DNA from: the human T2T-CHM13v2.0 reference genome, Homo sapiens
Reading direction: 5' to 3' (one strand)
Assembly: GCF_009914755.1 (NCBI RefSeq)
Contig: NC_060928.1
Length of the DNA stretch: 64,000 nt
Shown: positions 26,670 to 39,679 of the stretch, piece after piece
How the letters are laid out: each line of letters starts with the position of its first letter
How positions within the stretch are numbered: position 1 is the first letter of the stretch
The notes under the pieces: model-generated
The model's database searches: none
Told to the model about the DNA's origin: nothing
Seen by the model: the letters and a program-made list of their open reading frames with translations, nothing else
Position numbers and translations under genes: made by a program

Positions 26670-27666
26670 TAGGCAAATAAGTGCATGAAAAGATGTTGAA
26701 CGTAATTAGCTAACAGTGATTTTCAAAATAATGAGATATCACTACCCACTTATTCAAAATGACTGACAAATAAGTAAATAAATAATGACAATTCCAAATG
26801 CTGACAAGGATGTAAAGAAACCAGATCAATCATCCATTGCTGGTGGAAACGGAAAATGATACAGCCGTTTTGGAAAACATGTTGGCAGTTTCTTACAAAA
26901 TTAGATATACAATTACTATACAATCCAGTGTTGTACTTTTGGAAATTCATCCTAGGGAAATAAAAACTTACTTTGACATAAAAATCTGTATACAAATGTT
27001 TACAGTATCTTTATTTGTGATAGCAAAAACTGTAATCAGCCCTGACATCCTTCAACAAATTAATGGTGGTTAAACAAATTGTGGCACATACATATTATGG
27101 AATATTATTCAGTAATAAAAATAAACAAACTTGATATACACCACAATCTGGATCAATCTGCAGGGAATCATGCTAAGTGAAAAAAGCCAATTCCAAATTA
27201 AAAGGCACGTACTGCATGTTTCTATTTATAAAACATTTTTGAAATTTGAAAACGTTATACATAAACAGCAGATGAATGGTTTCCAGGGCTTAGTGATAAC
27301 ACATTTGTTCTTAAAGGCAGTGGGTGTGCTTATTAAAAAGCAACACAAGGGATCTTTACGGTATTGGGATTGTTTGATGACTTGAGGTCGGTGGTAGATA
27401 CACAAACTTGTACAAGTGACCAAATGGCGTAGAATCTAATACACATACGTATCCACATACACATTTACAAAGGAATACAAGAAAACAGGATTAAGATCTG
27501 TGGATTGATTGCATCAACGTCAAATGTTCTGGTTGTGATATTATACTATGGTTCTGTAAAATATTACCATGGTGAAAACTAGGTAAAGTGTATAAGAGTG
27601 GTCTGTATTGCTGTTACAATTACATGCAAATCCACAATTATCTCAATACAATTTTTAATAAAAAAC
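26670..27666 (+). mobile_element. Old L1M 3' end (L1MD-like)
   Basis: Decayed ORF2 end (ccattgctggtggaaac...ttggaaaacatgttggcagtttcttac) and an L1MD-type 3' terminus ttgtgatattatactatggttc...caattatctcaataca. Confidence 0.75.
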
Positions 27667-28831
27667 ACAATATCATTATTTCCTCATTCAGACTACACAG
27701 ATTTGAGACAAATAGATATAGTTAGATAAAAGGAAGTGATGCATTTTTAAAAATTAAAAGAATCACAAATGTGATTGATAAATCTTGGGCATGTAAAGGT
27801 TAAGATAGATTCCGTTACAGTCTCAAAGCTTCAAGATAAATTATGTTAAAAGAAACCAGAAAAGGGTCTAACGAGTTTGGCTGAATGGTTTTATTCATGG
27901 TAAGTTTCTTTGTTGATATATTGTTTTGTTTTGTTTTGTTTTATCACTGCTGTTGAGAATGGGGGTAATGTAAAAAATCAATTTTAAATATATTATTTTT
28001 ATGCATGATAAAATTAAAATGAAGAAGTTAACAGTTATAAGACATAAACTAAAGCATGGCAGAGGAAGAATAATTGGAGATTTTCTACCCAAATCTTCAT
28101 ATTAAATAGTTTTTCTAAAAAAAAAGTTTTGCGTTTCCTGTTGGTACTACTGTTTGCATTTCTCTTTAGGGCTATATTTTGACTTACAAGATAATGTCAA
28201 TGAAAAATAAAAGCACTCATAACATTTTAACTTTTTGTTGACAAATGACGGAAATGTAATATAAATTAGTAAAAATAAATTATATAAAAATGCCAAAAAG
28301 TGTCAATGTTTCATTATTTGTATCATCCTTATGAATTGAACAGGCAATTGGAAAATTCTTTTTAAAAAGTATACTCAGGGAAATTTTAAAATAATTTCCT
28401 ATTCTTACATACCTGACTGATAAAATCAATTTTTCTTAGTACAGATGGCTCATTAAAGCCAGAACTCTTTAACTATGACTTACCAAATAAAAATCACTGA
28501 TAGCTTAACGAGGAAAAATACCAATAGGTTGGGAAATAATAAATGTACATAAAGAATTAAAATATGGTATGAAGTAAATAATTGCCCAGTAAAATAATTA
28601 ATGTGGATTTCAGAAAATACTACAAAAATACAATACAAAAGTTCTGGAAAAAAGTATTAATTTAATTATCATTGTGTATCTTCTTTGATTCTTTATTAGA
28701 CAATAGGCCTTGAGAAAGAAGGGATTATTCCTTAGAATTATTTGAGTCACTTACAGCATCTTGAGCTAAAAAGAAACCCTTTGATGGCTAGAAATTAAAT
28801 AAAATCAATTTTAAAATAATAAGCAAAATTA

Positions 28832-29127
<296 letters not shown>

Positions 29128-31168
29128 AAGCAAAACTATTACTCTAAAATGCTCTTTGAAACAAATATTCCATATTTTAGAATTAAACACAGTATATTCC
29201 TTTTGTCTGGAGAGAAGTTTCCATGTGTTGTTACTCATGTTGATTTCTTCAGGGCCTAGCAAAGCCTAATATGTTATAGGTGTTCAATAAACTATTGTTG
29301 TTGAATTATATTCAGAAAATATTATACATAAAGATCAAAAGGGAATTGATATCTAATAGATACTCTCTACAAATAATACATTCATTCTTTAAAAAGTTTT
29401 TAAATATATTTGCACATATATGAGTAGAAAATAAGATTTTACTCGTAGCTAGGAGGCAGTATGATATTGAAGTATTTTCATTAGCTATTAAAAATAATGC
29501 TACAATCTACTTCAGTAATAAAAAAACAGTGGGAGATATTTCTTTTTCTTTAGAAATTATATAGGAAAAGTTTTAAAAGTAGCTTATTTCAGGTAAAATT
29601 TTGTAAAAGTAAACAGGAAATGATTAAGTATTAGTCCTCTAAGTCATCTGATTGAGTTTTGGTGTGCCTGGTAGCTACCATTTAATACATATGTAAATGA
29701 TAGAATATTGAAAAGCCTGAAGAAAAACCAGTTGCTGAATGTGCCAACATCCTAAAACTGAGTAGAATTTACAGTTGTTTTTTTAAATGGGATTTTTCAT
29801 TGGTATAGTTATCAAAGCACTCAAGCATAGTTTGAGATTTCATTTACGGCTTTGTTCCCAGAGTTGGTAGACCACATAAGCAATATTTATTACTAATTGT
29901 ACCTAAATAGAATCAAGTCTTGTTAAGATGGCTAACTTATATAGCATACCTTTTTTCCTACATCCCTTTTAGTTTCAAGGTGCAGGATTAAACAATCCAT
30001 TACTAATATTACGAGAATTTTCAGACTAATATCACATGTTCCTATTAAATCTAGTAAGAAAAGAAAATTTTCTGAATAGCATTAGAAGTTCAAATTTCAG
30101 TAGCTTCAGTTAAACTTCACTCATGGGTTTTCCTTTGCGTAGAAAACAAATTTATAATTTTTTACAATGGCACCCTTTTCTTTATAAAATTCAGTGAAAC
30201 AACATTTAGAAAGCTATTTTAAAGGAATAAAAAATATTTTTAAATAATTCACTTAAATATGCTTTAAAAAGAAGATCTTGATTTTCAAAGGGGATGTATA
30301 ATATAGTTTTATTCACATTTTAATTTAATAACTCTTCTGATTCTTACCAAGTAAATTCATAACTGAATTATCATTTCATTGATTTTTGAAAAAAGGAAGC
30401 ATGCATTTTATTTTCTTTATTTTAAAATTACTAGTTCTTATGTAACTTGGCTTAAAGCAAATACACACACACACAGACACACATATATACTTCTGCCATT
30501 TCACAATACTGTGTATTTCCTCACAAATAACTTTAATAGCGTCTATTTCTGTCTTCGAATTCTTCTTTCAATGTGTTTAGGGCAAGTAAGTAACATAAAT
30601 ATTTTGTTGAAATTAAAGGAAAATATTTTACGCTATTTTTATAGAGAAAAAAGTGATTCAAAAAGGGTGCTCCAAAAAATATTCCCAGATTCTCCACTTA
30701 AAGACAGTGCCAGAGATTTAATATATTTTATGAGATCAGATTAGTTCCTGAGAGCACCATTTTCTTGCCAAACTCACTGCTAAAGAAAGCTCCCTGTGGA
30801 ATTTTCAAAGAAAGACTAAACCTAGTAGCCTAGTTCAATAAAACGACTAAAAAAGTAAATGGGAATAATTCAATAAAGTATGGCAGCAGTAGAAAGAAAG
30901 TCTTTAAAAGCAAGTTTAAACATTTTTAAAGTATCTCCTGAAGTACCATCTCCCAGAAGACTGAATGCAATGAGGAGCACGGACCAACGTGTTAACCTGC
31001 CGACCTACCATAATAGCATGACAGATGCTTCCTACCTGAAGGGGTCATGCCTGGGAGAGAGAGAGGGAGAGTGAGACTGACAGAGTGCCCAGGGAGGGTA
31101 TTGATCCACTGACTCTTTTCTGGTAACCATTACTGAGACATGAGCTGACAGTAATTAAAATGACTTAC

Positions 31169-31328
31169 ACACTGGGGTGGTTTCAAACTCAAATCTTCGA
31201 CTGAAGACACCATAGCCTGCTGCTGTACGTGCTCGAATTTGGAAGACATAAACTGAAGCTGGTTTCAAGCCCTCTGCAGTAATAGTTGTCTCTTTAGATT
31301 TGATAATCGTGTAGCTGGTCTCTTGGTC
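31169..31328 (-). CDS. EPHA5: EPHA5 coding exon (probably exon 7), 160 bp, phase 0 to 1; C-terminal half of the second FN3 domain
   Basis: cccaag|GAC CAA GAG...ACC CCA GTG T|gtaagtca. Encodes [53 protein letters not shown] (inside ORF 31155..31388), with the Eph FN3 motif GLKP...[13 protein letters not shown]. Frame is continuous with the upstream exon. Confidence 0.97.
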
Positions 31329-33184
31329 CTTGGGATGCGCATGCATATACAATAAAAAAGACAGCATATAAATTACTAATGACAGCAAAATTTAGAATCA
31401 TAGATCAGAAAATGAATCAGAAACCAAAGGACTCTATTAGTACAAATATAACATTTTAGAAAAAAATCCTACACATCCTAGGTGTGCTATTTACATAGAA
31501 TATTAAAGTCTTTTCTAGAACTCAAGGTGGTGGGTGACATACTGTCCACCCATCCGGAATACATGTCTTCGGCAGTAATAAATTTCTAAAACTTTGAAAA
31601 CATAATGTTGTAGGAGACTGATTATTTTACAGACTCTATTTTAGTATTGTTATTTTTGTGCTTTTTTTCCCCTCCAATATAGTTAATCGGAGCATGTCTA
31701 ACATACTGCCTATTCATACAGAAAGTTAACAACATCTCCCATTCTGTGAGGTAAGACTTATGCTTTAACTCATTAGTGAATTCAATTTCTAATTGTATTT
31801 AGTTCTTAAGGTAAGAAATTAGTACTTCACTGGTGAAATTTAATTTCAATTCACTAAGTCTAAATAGAAAGCATTAAAGAAAAATGCAGATAAGCAAAAC
31901 GTTTTTATTTATCTTTGAAAATGTCCTGATTTGGAGGGGCTAAGTTAATGGAGATGTACTAGGAAAAAAATTACTGGAAAGATAGTTTTGGGAACTGAAA
32001 CAAAGAGGAACTTTTTATTTTGATGCCAACAAAAGTTTAGACTAACCATCCATAGCTCCTTATTATCTCTGTGAAGTTACCACACCAACTTTACCATGGA
32101 TACAGAAATCACATGCTCAAATATAACGGGTCCATTTTTGCTTTTATATTCAGTTTCCTTATCAGTAAAACTGGGTAGAGACTTGCTTGGGTTTCCTCAC
32201 AGAGATGTTGTAAAAATATAACAGGTAACATATGTGAAAACAGTTCATAAACTACAATATATGTTTTAATTTTCATAATTATTTTAAATATTTGTAATTC
32301 TTTCTTATATGTAATGTCAAAGTTAACTACCACTAATACTATCTAAAATATACAATCTATAAACATTTTTCTTTTAAAGCAATTTACCATTCCTTTTGTA
32401 ATATGTTTAATCATATAAAATTATCTTAGAGTTAAGTAGGTCCAAAATTCTCTCTAAATAGGTATGGTATAATTTATAAGCCAAATAGCACATTTTCTGA
32501 TTCATCCTAGGCAAATGATTGATCTTTAATTTTTTAAACTGCAAATTAATTTAATTATCTAAACTTTCATATATTTAGGAAATTTTATTAAATTTGAGCC
32601 AAGGATTCAAAGTAGGTAATTAAATCTTGTAAAACTTTACCTAATAATACCAGGAAATTTCTTCATTGACAAACGTGTAATGCTCTTCCATTATCCACTC
32701 TATTACCCCTTCTGTATGCTAGGATCATAGCAGTAAAAAGCAAATAATTTCTTAATGTGTTCCTTTTAACAACTGTAAACAGCTTCTATAAACTATGACA
32801 GTTACTAATTTTTCTGAGAATGCACAGGTTCTTAATGGAATAAACCTGATAATATTATTTATTATTTCTCCATATTATTGAAAAATATTATTTTCCCATA
32901 TTGTTTAAAAGCAATATTTCTCAATAATATTCAACTTTCCAGTCTGGCTATGATTGCAGTAGTAACTCTCAGTAAGTAAGTTAAATGTCTGTTTGCTGAT
33001 ATTTGTTTAAAGAAAATTTAACTTAAAGAAAAAATCTAGTCAGAATTTAAGTATAAAATTCTGATAGACTTTATAAAATTTTCATTTTTACGTAAAGGAT
33101 TAACATTTATAATATAAACAATTAAAAGAAGGCCTCAATGACAGCATTAGAATTCCAGCCATATTATTAAGTAGATGAGAAAAT

Positions 33185-33300
33185 GTGGGTAAACAACTCT
33201 GAACCTCAGTTTTTTCTTCCTTAAAATGGAGATAAAATTATTTACCAAGAATATTGGAAGGAGATAGAGATAAAAATAATGCATGTACCACCAAGCGTAA
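33185..33300 (+). mobile_element. MIR fragment
   Basis: MIR core aactctgaacctcagttt...taaaatggagataaaa. Confidence 0.55.
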
Positions 33301-33829
33301 TCTCTACAAAATAGGTTCTATGTAGAATGGATTACTTTTAACTCTATAGCATGATGGTAAGTTCCCCCATTGAAAAGTAAAAAACGAAACAATTTTTAAA
33401 AGCTTCCACAGTTGTAAACACTAACTACTGAAGGTACAATGAATACATTTTGTAAAAATATTAGAAATTGATACTTTTTTGCCAAAAAGGAAACATATAC
33501 AAGGAAACTGGGCTGCTGCTCCTTGAAATAAGGTGTGATCTAATATCAATTGCAGAACATTCTGTCTGATTTAACTGTTAACGTTATGTATGTCTCAGTT
33601 GTTCCTTAGCTAGAGTTTAATTGTACATTGGCTCTCTCTGAGTTTGCCATACATAAGTTATTGAAGAAAATTTAGGGAAGCATATATCTAGTGGATCAAA
33701 ACCAACGAATACACATTGTGAATCATCTAAGCGTCTTCCAAAATTTAATTATGTTTCATTCCTTTAAATCACTCTCATATTGTAATTTTCTACATATCAC
33801 AAACTTTATGTAAAGATTGTCAACACCCA

Positions 33830-34200
33830 CAATTGCCCTGCTGCCAAGTCCTTGGTCAGGGCAGTGACTTTTCCTGCCTTCGTGCCCCAGCTGAGCAAAT
33901 GAGCTACATTCCCCAGCTGCTTAGCAAACACTGTTCACATGCAGTGAGGGGACGGCCTCAGCAGAAGGAGCCAGCTGGCAAACACCCTGCCAAGGGGCAG
34001 CTTCCCTTTGCCTCTGCCTTTAATTAAGAGATGGCAATGAGCCCATCATCACACGGTAGCAGAGAAGCCCAATGACCTCTATTAGAGCAGGGCAATCACA
34101 GGCAGAAATGCCAGCTGGCAAATGCATGTGCCCTGGAAAGCTCTGCCACCTGTGTCTGGCCAAAAGCCATCCAATAAATGGTGGTGTCATTCTGAAAGCT
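33830..34200. promoter_or_regulatory. Candidate intronic enhancer (E-box, NFI and homeobox cluster)
   Basis: GC-richer, apparently non-repeat island with CAGCTG at 33888, 33914, 33972 and 34112, CACCTG at 34147, TGGC-N5-GCCA at 34157-34169 and TAATTA at 34021. Based on motifs only. Confidence 0.45.
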
Positions 34201-35716
34201 CAAAATCAGCTTTGAAAACCTATCAGGACCCCTAACTCAATACATGGTATAAAAACTCATAATCCATTTTTTTTATAAATGAAAGTCTTTAAAAAATCTT
34301 TATAGGTATAATGTAGATATGCTCAAATATTTGGCTCACACACGATGGTCCGGGAATTAATACTTTTATTTTAAAAAGGAAAACACTGACCAAAATAATC
34401 ACTTCCACCAATATATTATATAAAGATTTTTCTGCTTTTAATGAATGTAAATAGGCAACTTATTATTAATTTATTGGAAATATGTTTAGAAACCTTTTTC
34501 CCAAGTCATTTTTTCTTAATTTGAGTTATACAGATCATATAATGGAATATACAGCATTAAATTTGAACTATTAAATATAAGACCAAATCATACTGAGATA
34601 AATGTAACTCAAAAAAAATTAAACTATAAAGAAAATAATATCACAATGTGGATAAATATTTAATAGAAACTCCTCCCTACCACTTGTTGAATAACTCTTT
34701 GTTGTAACAGAAGCAGCAACGTTTTTTAAAAAGATAAATTCTTCTTAATATTGAATATTATATACATAATGAAACTAATGCATATGCTGGGAAGTGGTCA
34801 CAAAAATATCAAAGGTTATTCATAAGGGGAAAAAAAATAGGATGCTTTCCTCAAGGACAAAAAAGAAAGCCAGCATTAATCCAGCTAGTTGATTCAGAGA
34901 TAAAAGAAAATGTAAGTACTTGTTAAACTTTTAGTCTCCCAGCTATTAACCCTTATTGCATCTCAGATAGTCAAATATACAGTTTTTGGTGACTGGATGT
35001 TTTACAATTCTATTTTGCATTTTACCTTCTTTTAAAATCAACTTTAATCGCAATGAAAATTGAGAAACAATGTTCACAACAGAATTCAGCATGTGTTAAT
35101 ATATATTTATATAACTCTACATAGCTTTGCATCAGTATAGAGTAACAAAGGTTACAAAAACTTGAATAAGAAATATAAACCTTAATTTTACAAATTGTTT
35201 TTTGATATAGCCTATGTTTAAATTGTAGACCTCTGGAATTTGCAATGCTGTTTGTTACTAGTAATCTCACGGGAACAGTAATCAGTGAGAAAGTTTAATG
35301 TCACTATATTCCACTTGATTAACTACAGTTTTGTTGACAATAAACAGTGTTAACCATATCCCAACATAACTTTGTCTCAGAGGTATTCTCTAAGAGCATT
35401 TTTGGTGAATAATGTATTTAATAACCTATTTTTGAAGTATGTGTCATCATTTATGTTTCGGAATTATCTGATAGTTGCATTTAATACTACCAGTAAGACA
35501 TTCCTAGAAAGATGACTATTTCAAAAATCGTTGACTATTTATCTACTAGTAAAATCAATATACGAACATTGTAGAAACATTAAAAACCTGTAAATATGTA
35601 GATAGCCTTTCTCCATCCCTCCCCATTGTTTTATTCTTTGTTGTATTTTTACACAGGCAATTGTTGAATCAATGAATGAAAGAAGAAAATTTATTTTTGA
35701 ATTTTGTATACTGTGA

Positions 35717-36079
<363 letters not shown>

Positions 36080-37337
36080 CTAAACTCTTTTATCTATGCA
36101 TGTATATATGTATATATATAGTTGCACTTTTAAGTAATTTTCATTAATAGGACATTAGCATTTTTCATGATGGTGAGGAGAACCATTTATTCTCCCTCTC
36201 TTTTCCAATGCCCTAGCTTGGGCAAGTTCTTAGGTATTGTAAAGTAAGATTTTGTATTTCCTACCATCCCTTTTACTCTTCCAGAAAAAACGAAGGAGTG
36301 ATGTCTCTGTGAGTCTGGAAAAGCAATTGAGTAAGTAGCGTGGTTCAGTCCTTCTCTTCTTTTTTGGGATCTGCATGTCTGCATTTTTTACTTGTTCATT
36401 TCTATTCCTACCTCCATAGGACCAATATTTCTAGCTCAGACTCTCCAACCCACTTCTCAAAGGCTGGTTTGGGTACCCATCTATCTTTAGCTCCTCTTTT
36501 AGAATTCAGGTTGTCCTAAGGTGCGTATGCCATTCAGGTCCAGCCAGTAGAAAAATCACAGATGAATGGGGCGGGAGTAGTAGGAAGACTCATGGTGGCT
36601 ACATCTCTGAGCCACATACTCCAGCCCAGTTTTAGAAATTAGAAGCTTTTTCAGCTTCCATCTGTATGACTCTTTCATCAATAGCTCACTTGCTTGTGAA
36701 TTCAGAAAAGAGGAAAAGAGTTTATTACAACCTTGAGACCTCGATAGCTATTACGGTAAAATGTTTAAAAGTGGCTATAAGAGACTCAGAGAACAAGGGG
36801 AAATCAAGAAAATATAGGGAACGTGATGCATACATTTTTTATTTTTTACCTGAAATTTAAACATAAATTTTATACTACAGTGCCAGATGTTTGCTAAGAA
36901 TCTTTAAAAAATGTATGTGATATATGTGTCTCATCTTTTTTCCTATCTCCTTAACAGTATAGGTGTTATGTTGAGTTACTGGCCATAAGCACACATTTCT
37001 CTGTTAGCACACTGCAGTCACTACTGAAAGTCTATAGCTTAAGTATTTGTAACACTTTCAAATGCCCTATGACTTCATCTTTTAATGCTGTGCAACTCAG
37101 TTAAGCCAATATTAGACTATATGGCTATATCTAAGCAGTGTAAACTATGTGGCAGCAGCAGAACATGAATAGAGAGCTCCCTGTACACTTCTAGCCTCCA
37201 TAATTATGACTGCAGAATCAATTGTCATTGATTTACACATAAAATTGCAACATACTCTTCTGCAAATTGGATAATTGCAGTTGCTAAAATGAAAAAAAAA
37301 AAGAAAGTGAGGACATTTTTTATTCTGTTAGTCTTAC

Positions 37338-37462
37338 CTTTTCAAAATACTTGATTTCATACTCTAGGATGATTCCATTGGGACGATCTGGTTCTTGCCA
37401 AGACAAAGAGATGCTGTTTTTTGCAATTTTCCCTTTTTTCACATTGGTGACTGGAGATGGAG
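37338..37462 (-). CDS. EPHA5: EPHA5 coding exon (probably exon 6), 125 bp, phase 1 to 0; N-terminal half of the second FN3 domain
   Basis: Minus strand reads ttttgcag|CT CCA TCT CCA GTC...TTT GAA AAG|gtaagac. Translation (A)[41 protein letters not shown] has the FN3 LSW..P..PNG.I..Y motif and matches recalled EphA5. It is absent from the ORF track because it has no ATG. Confidence 0.96.
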
Positions 37463-38619
37463 CTGCAAAATAGTTTAAATAAGGAGCAGTATGATTAATA
37501 AGGCCCTAAAAGTAAACCTGTTATGTTTATTACGTATATTGGCATTTTGAGAACGTAGCAATATAAAAAAAATCCCAATTAAATTTTAGTTTCTCTATAT
37601 AAGGTTTAAAGATTGTGAAGATTTTTTACAAATATAAATCAGCTAAATATCCTCAGGATTTTTTCATAATAAAACTATTTGTATTCTATATTGTTTCCAA
37701 GTTGTTTAGAAACATAAATTATTTTATTTCATAATTTATAGAATAAAGATATTCCTGATTATTTTATGTATCTTCTACATTTCTAAAATGTATGAGCTCT
37801 ATATGACATATTCCATTATGCTAATAGATACATGATTATATTACTGCATTTGCACAACACAAACTCTCTTTTATAATTTATTACATTTGAAATTACATGG
37901 ATCCTAAAATCATTAATAAATGTATATATTAAACATGGGCAGGTTCCTTAAGAAACATGCCACCAAAGATATGATACACTTTAAAATAAGAGCAAATAAA
38001 ATAAACTTTTTTTATTCTCGTTTTTCTCATATATTTCCTTAGAAATCATAATCACTTCTGGTGATCATCACAATTTTATATCGGGTCTATGAAACCACCA
38101 CTTGTCTAATGAAAATAGGACTTATATATCTGCTCTTTCGGGTATGTCTGGATATTTTGAGTTTGCAAAACATCTGAATATTTGAGTCAAAGTTCTTTTT
38201 ATCAATCTGCTGATATATGTATAGATAACATGTCTAAAAGACATGGCAACATAGAATAGTAATCTATGGGCCTCCTAGTTCACTGTAGTGTTTATTGAAA
38301 AGTACTAACATTACTGAAATAGAAACAACAGAGGGTTAAGTAAGACAATGAAGTTTTGAATATATTTTGTTCAGTAGTGAATATCTGTATGAATTATTTT
38401 GAATCATGAATTATGCTCAATTTCCCATTATCACTACATATGTTTCATAACACAACAGTAAAAATCGCAGAGAAAGACTAAGTCTTCAAAGTTCTTCACT
38501 CACTTTACTATAGTAAAATCATTTTTTTAGATTTACTTATTTCTTGGAGATAGCTGTCAGTTTTTACCTAATGAATTGGTGGTATTACCACCTTGCTATT
38601 CATAAATTATATTTAATAT

Positions 38620-38752
38620 GTATGCTTCATGAAGGCAGGAATTGATTTGGTTTAGTTCACTGCTACATTTCTAAGATGAGAAAATTGTTTAGCATATAGA
38701 AATTTAATGAATATTTGTTGAATGAATTGATGGATGGATGGATGAATGAATG
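38620..38752 (+). mobile_element. LINE-2 3' end
   Basis: cttcatgaaggcagga...ttcactgc...aatatttgttgaatgaat followed by (tgga/tgaa)n. Confidence 0.6.
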
Positions 38753-39679
38753 GCAAATTCATATTTAATTATGTGTCATTCAAAACTGAATTTGTCTCAT
38801 AGGCGCACATACTAGGATAATATTAGTTTGGGATTTGTGCTTCATTTTAAAACTTAATCAGTTCTTCAATAAAATAATCATTTGTGGGTAAAGACAACAA
38901 ATAAATACCAACACAGAAACAGCCTAAGGTGGAATACTTTGTTATTTACTTGCATTAATCAAAGTTAAGCATAAACTATTTCACTTTCAAACACTTAGTT
39001 AACAAACGCCAGTGTTTTCCAAACTCAGTTCAGTAGCTAAGAATACACTTTAAAATACTGGTTTAGAATGAGGGGAGAAGACCATTTCTGAGCTCAGAAT
39101 AGGTCAGGGATAATTTCCTCTGTGACAAGAGCATCTTTGCATCTTCTGGGTAAAGCTGATGAAAGTGGGGATGCTGACAACTCCTGGGGACATAATGATG
39201 ATGCACAAATTGTGAATGGCAGCAATCCTTCACCACTGCAAGTATTATGCACATTAAAATAACTGTAACCAGGTTTGTCAGCATCAAGGAGCATGCTCAA
39301 TTTATCTTATTTGTCTCCCTCACTGATACCTTTTGCCCATTCTCTGCCTGCTCAACCTTTTAAGTCTGGTATCAAATGAGAATGATGACTTAGAACATTT
39401 ATGCTTGTATAATTTTGATGGGTGATGTCAAATCATAAAACTATTACTGTCCCTGTATAAGGATAGAAAAAAGTACCAAGGAAATCAAGTTGTGAAGAGT
39501 ATAAAATAATTTCCAAACTTCTGAGTTGTAGCTTTAAGATATGTGGAAATATTCCAAACTCTTTCCATATTGTACCTTCTGTGTTAGAGCTAACCTTTGC
39601 ATACTAGTATGATATGCAAAATGGAGATCCTTTAGGCTACTACAGTTCCCATTATGAACTGATTGCCTTGTCTGTTTCA

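Noticed and set aside
31329-31388. N-terminal [20 protein letters not shown] of ORF 31155..31388 as a signal peptide of a small protein
   Set aside because: It is translated intron (the acceptor region). The real exon begins at 31328 in frame with the upstream exon.
37320-37338. Read-through of the first FN3 exon (…FEKVRLTE*) as a secreted isoform
   Set aside because: It would cut the FN3 domain in half, the donor AAG|gtaaga is strong, and nothing else supports it.
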